Source of the DNA: Pseudomonadota bacterium
GTDB lineage: Bacteria; Desulfobacterota; Binatia; Binatales; Binataceae
Direction: 5' to 3'
DNA: 64,000 bases
Assembly: GCA_021323945.1 (NCBI GenBank)
Contig: JAJPKA010000002.1
Coordinates: forward strand, 354,923-418,922
The position numbers and the translations under genes were made by a program. How positions within the stretch are numbered: position 1 is the first letter of the stretch; every line of letters starts with the position of its first letter. Shown here in pieces: positions 1-9,963 of this stretch. The notes beneath the pieces were generated by a model. That model was not told the origin of the DNA. It made no database searches and saw only the letters and a list, made by a program, of their open reading frames with translations.

Positions 1-873
1 TGTCGCGCCCCAGACCGACACAACCGGGCAGCCCATTGCTGCGGCCAAGTGCATTGGTCCAGAGTCGGGACCAAATGCAACGGCGCATTCCTGAAAGATT
101 GCGATCAGATCGCGCAGGCTCGTGCGACCAGTAAGATCGAGTGCCGGCACCTGGTCGAGGTGCTTAATGACCGCTGCAGCTAACGGTGCTTCGTCGTGGC
201 TACCGAGCAAAACCGCAAAGAGTCCCGGGCGCCGATCGGAAGGAATCGCCAACTCGCGAATCACCGCGGCAATGGACTCAGGAAAATAGATTCGGCTCGG
301 CCATGAGGAGCCTAATATAATACCGACAATCGGCCGTGGAACCCCCGCGATAAGTTTGCGGGCGTGCTCATATTCTGAGGGCTGCAGTTCGAGCCCGAAC
401 TCGACCGGCGCTGCCGGCAGGTCGAGCGCATCGCCGAAGGCTTGATATTGCAAAAGCTTCAAACGCAGGGTTGGCTGAATAGCAATATGGCGCGTAGCAA
501 ATAGATAATTGAATTCTTTGCTGTTCGCCTCGGCGAAACCCAGGCGCTCGGAGGCGCCGGCCACAATCGAAATGATGCCACTTTTTAGATGACGCTGAAG
601 ATCGAGGACGAGATCGAAGCGTTCGGAGCGAATGGCCATCAAAAACGGAATGAATGCCCAGGGTGCTCGCGTGCGATCGTAAATGATCAGCTTGTCGAGC
701 CAGCGATGCCCACGAAGAACCGGCGCGGATTTAGGTTCCACCGCCCAGGCAATATAGGCATCGGGCCAGGCCCGGCGTATTCGGCCCAGAAGCGGAAGTG
801 CGCGAATTACGTCACCGATCGAGCCAGTTAAAAGAATAAGTATGCGTCGAGGGGTGAGCTTGCCGACGATCAT
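1..873 (-). CDS. Glycosyltransferase family 9 (LPS heptosyltransferase-like), 3' end truncated by window edge
   Basis: Reverse-strand ORF starting ATG (cat at 871-873) and running off the window (therefore absent from the ORF track). Translation MIVGKLTPRRILILLTGSIGDVIRALPLL...IYDRTRAPWAFIPFLMAIRSERFDLVLDLQRH... resembles the GT9 heptosyltransferase fold. Confidence 0.55.
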   Translation of the reverse strand, partial: MIVGKLTPRRILILLTGSIGDVIRALPLLGRIRRAWPDAYIAWAVEPKSAPVLRGHRWLDKLIIYDRTRAPWAFIPFLMAIRSERFDLVLDLQRHLKSGIISIVAGASERLGFAEANSKEFNYLFATRHIAIQPTLRLKLLQYQAFGDALDLPAAPVEFGLELQPSEYEHARKLIAGVPRPIVGIILGSSWPSRIYFPESIAAVIRELAIPSDRRPGLFAVLLGSHDEAPLAAAVIKHLDQVPALDLTGRTSLRDLIAIFQECAVAFGPDSGPMHLAAAMGCPVVSVWGAT

Positions 874-953
874 CAGCAAAGTATACCCGCACGCCACGGA
901 CGTGGAGCGCGTCCTGTCGATGGGAGCGCGACCGTGTTATTAGATCGTCGCAT

Positions 954-1322
954 TCATTCGAAATCGAGAGCCCCACGTTGCCAGGCGTAAACCAGGCCAA
1001 CTACGAGGACGGCGATGAAGATTAAGGCCTCGACAAAACCCACCATCCCGAGCTCACGCAGCTCGACCGCCCAAGGATAAAGAAACACGATTTCGACATC
1101 AAAAATAAGAAACAGGAGAGCGGTTAGGTAAAAGCGAATCGAGAAGCGGTTCCACGCGGACCCGCTCGGCGGATTGCCACATTCAAATGCCTCGCCCTTA
1201 ACCTTGTTGCGAGCCGACCGCGGCCCTAGCAAACGATTAACCGTTACCATCCCGCCAACGATTAGGGCCGAGACGACAATCGTAACTGCGATGGGGAACC
1301 AGGCCGAAACTATGGTGTCCAT
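954..1322 (-). CDS. nuoA: NADH-quinone oxidoreductase subunit A
   Basis: 122 aa, three TM helices. Hallmark NuoA/ND3 segment FYLTALLFLIFDVEIVFLYPWAV. No nuoB-N follow in this window. Confidence 0.85.
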   Translation of the reverse strand: MDTIVSAWFPIAVTIVVSALIVGGMVTVNRLLGPRSARNKVKGEAFECGNPPSGSAWNRFSIRFYLTALLFLIFDVEIVFLYPWAVELRELGMVGFVEALIFIAVLVVGLVYAWQRGALDFE

Positions 1323-1439
1323 CTCAATCCACTTGACTGTTCAGCTACCTGTTGCACGCGCTACCTGGGTCAGTGCCGAGCAACTCCCGTATACGCGTCA
1401 GGGGCGGTCGTGAGCCCGATCCTGCCGATAATCGTTTGA

Positions 1440-2609
1440 CTAGAGCGAAGCGTAGACCGCTTCAAACAATGCGCGTGCTCGCGGGTCGATCAGGATACCC
1501 GAACCCATCTTATTCATCGTATAACCAAAGCCAATCCTGGCGTCAGGATCCGCGAAACCCAGGGAACCACCAGCGCCTGGATGACCAAATGTATGGGCGT
1601 TCGGCCCCCATTTATCGTTGGTTTGCGTGAGCATGAAGCCGCTGCTGAACCGGGTGGAGATCATCAGCACTTCATCAGTCCCACAAGATTCCTCGCAGTA
1701 GCAATTCTCAATTTCTTCTGACGCCATGACGCGCACCCCATCAATCTGGCCACCGCGAGCAAGTGCTCCATAAAGCCGGGCGAGGGCGCGCGCTGTGGTA
1801 TGTCCATTGGCGGCGGGGATTTCCGCTCCCCGCCACCCGCGCGAGTTGATCACTTCGCTCCTTAATCCATCCGAGGGGTTAAGGAATACCTTGGCAGTCA
1901 ATGAGTCGCGGTTTTTGGTTGCGTAATCGAAGAGATTGAACTCCCCGGGCGCGGGCGGGGGTGCCTGACGAATTTCGGCACAACGATGATCTTGCGCAGG
2001 GTCAAGCCCGATATGACAATCGAGGCCCAGCGGTCCCGCTAATTCAGTTCTGAAATAGTGACCCGGGCTCTTACCAGTAATCCGCCGGATTACTTCACCG
2101 ACCAGCCATCCAAACGTTATCGCATGATAGCCGTGTTTGGTGCCCGGCTCCCAGAACGGTCGTTCGGCGGCAAGCAACTCGACCATGTAATTCCAGTCGT
2201 AATATGAGTCCACTTTGAGCCGCGTCCTGACCGCCGGCAGCCCCGCTCGGTGATTCAAGAGCTGGCGGACAGTAATATGACCTTTGTCATTCTGTGCAAA
2301 CTCCGGCCAATAGCGGCTGACAGGAGCATCGAAATCAAGCTGACCTTCGCCAGCCAGACGATGGGCACAAATGGCGGTTAACCCTTTGGTGGTGGAGAAG
2401 ACATTAACCAGGGTATCGCGAGTCCAGGGGCGAGTTTTAGCTTTGTCAGCATACCCGCCCCACAAATCGACTACCATGCGGCCGTCGACCATGACCGCAA
2501 CGGCCGCCCCATATTCGTTACGCTTCTCCAGGTTTTCTGCGAAGGCGTCTCTGACCAGCGCAAACCGCGGATCGCAATTCCCTTCAATGCGAACATCGGC
2601 CATGGGCAA
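1440..2609 (-). CDS. Serine hydrolase, beta-lactamase/esterase family (class C-like)
   Basis: 389 aa. S-x-x-K motif (FSTTKGLTA) near the N-terminus. Overall resemblance to AmpC/EstB-type transpeptidase-fold hydrolases. Confidence 0.85.
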   Translation of the reverse strand: MPMADVRIEGNCDPRFALVRDAFAENLEKRNEYGAAVAVMVDGRMVVDLWGGYADKAKTRPWTRDTLVNVFSTTKGLTAICAHRLAGEGQLDFDAPVSRYWPEFAQNDKGHITVRQLLNHRAGLPAVRTRLKVDSYYDWNYMVELLAAERPFWEPGTKHGYHAITFGWLVGEVIRRITGKSPGHYFRTELAGPLGLDCHIGLDPAQDHRCAEIRQAPPPAPGEFNLFDYATKNRDSLTAKVFLNPSDGLRSEVINSRGWRGAEIPAANGHTTARALARLYGALARGGQIDGVRVMASEEIENCYCEESCGTDEVLMISTRFSSGFMLTQTNDKWGPNAHTFGHPGAGGSLGFADPDARIGFGYTMNKMGSGILIDPRARALFEAVYASL

Positions 2610-2689
2610 CTCTCGATGTTATAAGCTTTAACTTGATTAGCATGGACGTCACTTTTGGAGAACCCGAAGTAAGGCGGAAACACGGCGCG

Positions 2690-3034
2690 TCATGGCGCGT
2701 TGTTTACCCTGAATCGTGAAGGAAATTCCTGTCCGAAGTGTCGATCGGGGTGGAGTGCGCGGGCTCTGGCGATCAGAGTGTCCTCGCTTTCCGGAATGTT
2801 CGGATCGGGGATACAGCAGTCGACCGGGCAGACCGCCGCACATTCCTCTCGGTCGAAAAATCCGACGCATTCGGTGCACTTGTCGGGTGCAATATAATAA
2901 ATGTCTTCGGCTAGCGGCGGGCGGATCACACCGTTCAATTCGGACGCTTGACCGCCTTCATAAATTGCGTTGTTAGGACACCGCGGTAGGCATGCCCCGC
3001 AATTGATGCATTCCTCTGTGATCAGGGTTGCCAT
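2690..3034 (-). CDS. YfhL-type 4Fe-4S dicluster ferredoxin
   Basis: 114 aa. Two CxxCxxCxxxCP motifs (CINCGACLPRCP ... CTECVGFFDREECAAVCP). Confidence 0.8.
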   Translation of the reverse strand: MATLITEECINCGACLPRCPNNAIYEGGQASELNGVIRPPLAEDIYYIAPDKCTECVGFFDREECAAVCPVDCCIPDPNIPESEDTLIARARALHPDRHFGQEFPSRFRVNNAP

Positions 3035-3041
3035 CCAACAG

Positions 3042-4097
<1,056 letters not shown>

Positions 4098-4180
4098 AAC
4101 GCATTATTTCAAATGCTCGAGACAGGTGAAACCCGCCGCCGGGTCTAGAAACTCATTGTCGCAGTCACTAAACGGTCGAG

Positions 4181-4528
4181 TTGAATCCAGCACAGCCAGG
4201 ACGTCAAATGCGCCAGTTCAATGAGCAGGCAGACGCCACCACGGTCCAGGTCACCGTGGGCGAAGTATTCCAGATTTACCTTGCTGAAAACCCCACAACA
4301 GGCTTTCGATGGCGGCTGGACTGCGCGGGGGCGCCGACTTGTTCACTCATAGATGATTACTTCTCGGTACCCGGTAGGCTCCCCGGGGGGCCGGGAATTC
4401 ATCATTGGAATTTCAAGGCAGTGGCCTCAGGCAGCACAACAATTTGCCTAAGCTACGCGCGGCGTTGGCAGAATAGCGCGCCGGCGCGAACCTTCCGATT
4501 GGAAATTCGCGCCGGTGGCCAAAGTTGA
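4181..4528 (+). CDS. Chagasin-family cysteine peptidase inhibitor (MEROPS I42)
   Basis: 115 aa. Diagnostic NPTTG(F/Y)xW motif (AENPTTGFRWRL). Size and beta-rich composition typical of chagasin/ICP. No signal peptide. Confidence 0.7.
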   Translation: MNPAQPGRQMRQFNEQADATTVQVTVGEVFQIYLAENPTTGFRWRLDCAGAPTCSLIDDYFSVPGRLPGGPGIHHWNFKAVASGSTTICLSYARRWQNSAPARTFRLEIRAGGQS

Positions 4529-4536
4529 TTGGGGTT

Positions 4537-5298
4537 CTAAAGCACGAGGCGGATGGTCCAGAAATCATCGGAAAGGTTCGGGTCAGTCAAATAGGTATAT
4601 GGCATGGTGAAGTACCCAGCCATTCCCCAGTCAGTACCCCAGGAGTTGCGCACGATAAATCTCTGTTGCGCATCATCATAGCCGACCGCCAGTACTGCAT
4701 GGCCACCTATCTCCTGTTCATTCGGACCCGGCATATTCACCTGGCCAGTCTGAGCAACTTGCTGACTCTCGAAGCTTTCATATACCGAGAAACCGAAAAC
4801 GAAGGGGTAGCCGGAAGCCAGGCAGCCTTTCATCTGAATGAGATTGCGCGAGACCCGCTGGTACTGAATCACCTTGTACTTCTTAGCGTCATTGTACACT
4901 TTCTGGGGTGGTTTTTCGGCAAACTTCGCAATGTCGTAGGGCCACTCAGTTTCGGGCACGTCGCCCTGCTTTGCCACGCTTTTAATGCCATCGCGGATCA
5001 TAGCGCCGCTGTCGGTATTCACCGTGCCCTCGATGACTCGTTCGTTGTAATAGATGAACAAACGAGAGGGTACAAAATTAGGCTTGTGTTCCTTCATCCG
5101 GTCGAACTGAATCGCCCCCGCGATCGCATTTGCCGTACAACTGCCCAGCTGTCCTTGGTCATAAACCGGCGGACAAGCGGGGCGCAGGTCGACCTGAGGG
5201 GGAAGCACTCCCAGGTTGACCAAAGGCGCCGCATATAGATGGTCTCGATGGTCCGGTAGGTCCGGAATCCATCCAAAGCGTTGAATCTTGTGCCCCAT
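4537..5298 (-). CDS. Papain-family (C1A) cysteine peptidase lacking signal peptide and prodomain
   Basis: 253 aa. Catalytic Cys motif QGQLGSCTANA, His motif GGHAVLAVGYD, Asn/Trp motif NSWGTDWGMAGYF. The mature domain begins about 25 aa from the start. Confidence 0.85.
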   Translation of the reverse strand: MGHKIQRFGWIPDLPDHRDHLYAAPLVNLGVLPPQVDLRPACPPVYDQGQLGSCTANAIAGAIQFDRMKEHKPNFVPSRLFIYYNERVIEGTVNTDSGAMIRDGIKSVAKQGDVPETEWPYDIAKFAEKPPQKVYNDAKKYKVIQYQRVSRNLIQMKGCLASGYPFVFGFSVYESFESQQVAQTGQVNMPGPNEQEIGGHAVLAVGYDDAQQRFIVRNSWGTDWGMAGYFTMPYTYLTDPNLSDDFWTIRLVL

Positions 5299-5428
5299 TT
5301 TTCTCTCCTTTTCTTGTGAGTGAACTCTACGTTACGCCGAGTCAATCACTGCTTTACTCCGAGTTGATCGGCGCAACAAGGGTGCCAATCGCGCAAGTGC
5401 CAATTCCGCGTATTTATCCGCCGCTGAG

Positions 5429-5446
5429 TGCAAAGGTATCTTTGCA
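5429..5446. promoter_or_regulatory. Palindromic operator candidate TGCAAAG-gtat-CTTTGCA about 130 bp upstream of the C1 peptidase gene
   Basis: Perfect 7-bp inverted repeat in the 445-bp intergenic region. Shares its core with the 33528-33547 palindrome. Confidence 0.4.
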
Positions 5447-5742
5447 TCGGCTCGAGAATGCGAAGAGTGCATAGCAGTGAGTTGCTACACTACGCTCGCA
5501 AGTTAACAGCTCGTTGGGCCGTGCCAGCGGTGCAGCAGAAGATCGGTTACTGTTTCGAAATGAACCTCTATGCCGGGAAGGCGGAGGCTCGAATGAGAGT
5601 GGCGCCGTCCAGCAAGCAAAAAACAGCTCGTAGGCGGCCTGGACTAAAGAGTCGAACTATGGATTCATTTGCTGGCGCCGCTGCACAATTTTCAAATCTG
5701 CGAACGATGAGTGGTTGCGACAAACCGGTTTCTACCGATGAT

Positions 5743-6762
5743 TTAGCGGATCAGCGGGCTCAATCGATGAGCTATCACTTGCGATGCCTCCGAGACGATT
5801 TGCCGTACGATTTCTCCTGCGGGAAGCAGCTCCTTCACCAGACCGCAGGACTGTCCTGCATAAAAGGGCAAGCGTTCGATCTCGCCTTCGGCGTAATCCG
5901 TCGGCGGCAAAACACTGTAGTTGACTAACGGTATCTCGACGTCGGAGCGACGCAGCGTCACAATTGTCACTCCTTCGCCGGGCCTATTGCCTGGCGCTGG
6001 TCGTCCCACCCGTTCCCATTCCTCAACCACTTGCGTGCGCAGCACGCGGTGGGGAGCATCCGGCCATCCGACATCGAACAGCGTGGTGTGAATCGTGTCG
6101 GCAGCCTGGGCCCCAATAACGCGTTCCTTGTACGAGTTATGTGCTGATGCTTCGATTGTAGCGAGGAATCGGGTACCCAAGGCCCCGCCATCCGCTCCGA
6201 GTGCTAGTGCCGCGGCAAGTCCGCGACCGTCACCGATCCCGCCAGCCGCGACTAGCGGCACTTCCGGGAGGGCATCTCGGATCGCGGGAATTAGCGCAAA
6301 GGTGCTGACCTGGCCTCGCACATGGCCGCCCGCTTCGAAACCCTGTGCCATCACTACATCAACCCCTGCGTCCACCGCCCGGCGCGCCTCGTCGACTCCG
6401 CCACATTGCCAAATGACCTTTGACCCTACGGCTTGGAATGCGCGGATAGCGCTCTCATGCTCCCGGGGGTCGCCCCAAAAAAACGTCACGGCCGCCAGCT
6501 TGCTCTCAGCGACTATTTCGAGGATCCCAGGGCGAAGAAAAGGGACTATCAGGTTGGCGGCCAAGGGCTTGCTTGTGCACCTCTGCGCTGAAGCGATCTC
6601 GTTGCGAATTCCGTCGCGAGTGAAGGCAGCCAGGCCGATAGTGCCGAGACCGCCGGCTTCGGAGACCGCCGCGGCCAAACCGGACCCTGCAATCCCGCCC
6701 ATTCCGGCAGACACGATTGGAAATTCGATCCCGAAAATGTCGCACAGGCGAGTATGTAACAT
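5743..6762 (-). CDS. Nitronate monooxygenase (NMO, 2-nitropropane dioxygenase-like FMN TIM barrel)
   Basis: 339 aa. N-terminus LCDIFGIEFPIVSAGMGGIAGSGLAAAVSEAGGLGTIG is typical of the NMO/FabK family. Confidence 0.85.
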   Translation of the reverse strand: MLHTRLCDIFGIEFPIVSAGMGGIAGSGLAAAVSEAGGLGTIGLAAFTRDGIRNEIASAQRCTSKPLAANLIVPFLRPGILEIVAESKLAAVTFFWGDPREHESAIRAFQAVGSKVIWQCGGVDEARRAVDAGVDVVMAQGFEAGGHVRGQVSTFALIPAIRDALPEVPLVAAGGIGDGRGLAAALALGADGGALGTRFLATIEASAHNSYKERVIGAQAADTIHTTLFDVGWPDAPHRVLRTQVVEEWERVGRPAPGNRPGEGVTIVTLRRSDVEIPLVNYSVLPPTDYAEGEIERLPFYAGQSCGLVKELLPAGEIVRQIVSEASQVIAHRLSPLIR

Positions 6763-6807
6763 GCTAGTCCTCAGGCAGAAGTCGCGATGTCAGTCCTTGC
6801 CGTAGTC

Positions 6808-7206
6808 CTAGGAAATGACGCGTTCAGGCTTGAAGCGGACAACCACCATCGGATGATTCTTGAACTGGGCAGCGTACTGGCGTCCGGCACGTTTGCCCAT
6901 GTAGGCGATCGACATTCGTTCAAGCATTTCATCTGCCACCTTTTCTTCCATACTGGCGCGGCCTTTGAGGATAACAGCTTTGTAATTGGGCGGTTTGCGC
7001 GTGTCGATACACAAGGTGACGCGTGGATCGTGTTGTAGACACTTGTACTTGAAGGCGCTCGATTCAGTGAGAAAAAATGCTTCACCCCGTCGATACTCAA
7101 ACCAAGTTGGCACTGCATGAGGAGAGCCGTCCGGTGCCGTCACGGCAACTACAGCGACGTTCGGTTCGCTTAAGAATTCCAGGATTTCACGTTTGGTCAT
7201 GCGCAT
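6808..7206 (-). CDS. Pyridoxamine 5'-phosphate oxidase family protein (FMN-binding split barrel)
   Basis: 132 aa. PNPOx-like fold signature (VAVVAVTAPDGSPHAVPTWFEYR...). Confidence 0.7.
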   Translation of the reverse strand: MRMTKREILEFLSEPNVAVVAVTAPDGSPHAVPTWFEYRRGEAFFLTESSAFKYKCLQHDPRVTLCIDTRKPPNYKAVILKGRASMEEKVADEMLERMSIAYMGKRAGRQYAAQFKNHPMVVVRFKPERVIS

Positions 7207-7286
7207 TTGCGGTCTCGTTCGTCGCCAACTGACCCTCGGAAAGGGAAATTTTCCAGATTCCGGACAGGACGCGGCAAGTGTCCTGC

Positions 7287-9755
7287 CTAGTTGCCAGCAG
7301 CCGTCGCAGCCTGCGCGGCGGGCGCTGGCCGCAGGTAACGGGTCACAAAGGCTGGCTTCCGCCAGGCAATGTATGCAGGCAGAATCACTACGCCTGCGAT
7401 CATATTGGTCGCCATCAGGAAGATTAACAGCACGCTCATCTCATTGTGGAACAGCAAGGGAGAAAACGCCCAAGGTAAAATTCCGCCGACCATCACAGCG
7501 AAAGTGCTAAACACCGCCGCGCCGGTGGTCCGCAGAGAGGTTGTGATTGAATCCTCGATGTTGGCGCCGCCTGCAACCTCATCCCGAATCCGTGCCACGG
7601 TGTAAATGCCGTAATCAACGCCGAGACCGATACCCAGAGAGATCACCGGTATGGTGTCGATGGTAAGACCAATACCGCGTGCGTTCATGTAGACGAATGC
7701 GCCGAAATTAGCCATTACGCACGACACAATAAAGAGCGCGCCCGCAGTCAACGAGCGGAAAGTAAAAGCGCAGCAGACAAAGATGACGAGCAATACGAAA
7801 GTAATGTTGATGAAGTCGAGTTGCTTCAGGACATCATTTGCTGCCAGAAACAGTCCGGCTTCACCTCCCAGATAGCGCATTTTGACCTGACGGAGCCGTG
7901 GGTCGGGACTAATGCGACGTTCGATAAACGTTCGAATATCGTCCCGGAGACGGTTGAGTCGGGAGTAAGTGTGGTCTGGGAGCAACAATCTAATGCAGGA
8001 GCTGTTGACGTGCGGACTGTGAGCGAAAAATCGTTCCATTTCGCCTGGAGCAGTTCCGCCCAGATACATAAACCATAGATTGCCCCCGAGCTCGATGCCC
8101 ACCGAGGTTCTTTGAAACTTTGACTGCTCGAACCCGGTTGGAATCGCGATAAACTTCGGATATCCATTGTGGAACATCGAATTAAGCGGCTTGATTACCG
8201 ACGCGAAGGAGACGGTTGCCAGGACATCGCCTCGGCTCACTAAATAGGCTCCCAGATCATCGGACATCCTGAGCACCTCGGGCCCGAGCCCTGATTCGGG
8301 GTCCGGATAGTCAGGGGTACTTAGCACCACCCATCCTTCATCGGTCGGGAAGAACCTGCCGATTTCAGCCGTATCAAGATTCACTTTCGCGTCAGGGCGA
8401 TACAGGGGAGTGCCTGGCGTTTCATACCCAACGTGCGCTCGCTGACCGGAGATCGCTCCCCAAACGATAAATAGTGCGCCCGCCAGCAGTAGCGCGCTGC
8501 GGGCGAATCCAGGCGTAACCGGCAGGCCAATCAGCCAATCAGTCAACCAGCGAAACCGGCTCTTGCGCTGGCGGCGCAGCGATGTGAGCCAGCTGTCCCG
8601 AATCCGTGGTCGCGGAAGGAAGCTCATAAAGATCGGCTGAAAGACGAAGACCATGGTGAGGCTTGACGCCAACCATACAGCGCCGCCGAGCCCAATCTCC
8701 TTGAGGACCGGAATTCCACCGAAAGAGATGAAGATAATGCCGGCGATATCCGCGAGAATCGACAACAGTCCCGGCGGCAGCATTACATCGGTGGTCGTCG
8801 CACAGGCCAGGATCTTGTCGTCCAGTCGGTCGAGTTCGTCGTAATAGCGCCCCTGCCATTGGATTCCATGGCTAAGGTCGCGGGCGGTGAGAATGAAGGG
8901 GATGACCAGCATTACGGGGTCGAAGTTGTAGCCCATCAGGCTCACGAACCCGAGACCCCATAAGGCCGAGAACGAGCCGGTTACGATCGGTGCCCACCAA
9001 CTGCTGCGATGACCGAGGCTTAAATAAAGAATGATGATCATCAACGAGAGCGACGTGAAAAAAATCGCGCTGATCCGGGGGAGGTAGTAATAGCCCCAAC
9101 CCGAAATAACCGGCTGACCCGAAACATAGATCTCGGTGTTCTGGTCCGAGTACCGCTCAACAATCTTCTGGATCTTGTCGAACAGATCACGATAGTCGAG
9201 CGCACCCTCGTTAAAGCTCGCTGTGATTAGGGCGCCTTTGTTGTCGGCGGTTACCAGCCCGGCTACCGGCTCGCGATGAGCAAAGACATTGTGCCTGAGT
9301 TCATCGAGCTGCTGTTGATTTTGCGGCACCTTCGGGTACATGTAGCAGCGCGTGATAATCGCGCCGGGCACCGCACTGGCGAAGGTCACGCGGTAGGAGG
9401 CCAGTGAAAAGATCTCGTTGTGATCCACCCCGGGCAGGATATTAACTGCCCGGGTGATGTCTTCGATCTTCTGCAGTGTGGAATAGTTGAAAATATCTCC
9501 ACGCTTCACCCGCAGCATCACCGCCAGCGTCTGAGCACCGCCGTAGTGGGTATGGTATTGGCGATACAGGAGCGTGTTGGGGTGATTGCTGGGAAAGAAA
9601 TTCTCGAACCGAGTCGCAATTCTCACGTGCACCGCCCAGTACGCCATGAATATCGTTACCGCGATCAGAAGGAATCCGATTGGCACGCGGAACTGGAGGA
9701 TGCTTCGGCCAATGCCGAGCTCGTTTCTTAGGCCGAGTGAGTTCATCTGCACCAC
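7287..9755 (-). CDS. MMPL/RND-superfamily membrane transporter (12 TM, two large periplasmic loops), possibly HpnN-like
   Basis: 822 aa. TM1 + loop + TM2-6, then TM7 + loop + TM8-12 topology. About 55-60% identical over long stretches to the ORF at 39789-42311. Confidence 0.8.
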   Translation of the reverse strand: MVQMNSLGLRNELGIGRSILQFRVPIGFLLIAVTIFMAYWAVHVRIATRFENFFPSNHPNTLLYRQYHTHYGGAQTLAVMLRVKRGDIFNYSTLQKIEDITRAVNILPGVDHNEIFSLASYRVTFASAVPGAIITRCYMYPKVPQNQQQLDELRHNVFAHREPVAGLVTADNKGALITASFNEGALDYRDLFDKIQKIVERYSDQNTEIYVSGQPVISGWGYYYLPRISAIFFTSLSLMIIILYLSLGHRSSWWAPIVTGSFSALWGLGFVSLMGYNFDPVMLVIPFILTARDLSHGIQWQGRYYDELDRLDDKILACATTTDVMLPPGLLSILADIAGIIFISFGGIPVLKEIGLGGAVWLASSLTMVFVFQPIFMSFLPRPRIRDSWLTSLRRQRKSRFRWLTDWLIGLPVTPGFARSALLLAGALFIVWGAISGQRAHVGYETPGTPLYRPDAKVNLDTAEIGRFFPTDEGWVVLSTPDYPDPESGLGPEVLRMSDDLGAYLVSRGDVLATVSFASVIKPLNSMFHNGYPKFIAIPTGFEQSKFQRTSVGIELGGNLWFMYLGGTAPGEMERFFAHSPHVNSSCIRLLLPDHTYSRLNRLRDDIRTFIERRISPDPRLRQVKMRYLGGEAGLFLAANDVLKQLDFINITFVLLVIFVCCAFTFRSLTAGALFIVSCVMANFGAFVYMNARGIGLTIDTIPVISLGIGLGVDYGIYTVARIRDEVAGGANIEDSITTSLRTTGAAVFSTFAVMVGGILPWAFSPLLFHNEMSVLLIFLMATNMIAGVVILPAYIAWRKPAFVTRYLRPAPAAQAATAAGN

Positions 9756-9963
9756 GTCCGTTAGGTTCTCGCAGGCAAGTTAGCAGAAGCAGACGCCGGC
9801 CGTCACGGCTTTGGTGACGCCCGATACCCAAGCGCCGGTGCAGATCCACGGCCCCTCACAGAATCGGGAGAGGTCGTGTTAGTTTGGCAGGAGACTCGTT
9901 CTCCGCGTTGGAACCTTGCCCGGCGGAATCTTTCCGCCGGGCAAAGGTGTGAGAAAACTCAGC

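Noticed and set aside
4525-5238. 237-aa ORF antisense to the C1 peptidase
   Set aside because: The peptidase strand carries catalytic motifs. The antisense frame has none.
5428-5928. 166-aa GTG-initiated ORF in the peptidase/NMO intergenic region
   Set aside because: Overlaps the NMO 3' end and starts inside the palindromic operator candidate. No motifs.
6095-6805. 236-aa Pro/Ser/Ala-rich ORF antisense to nitronate monooxygenase
   Set aside because: Low-complexity shadow ORF.
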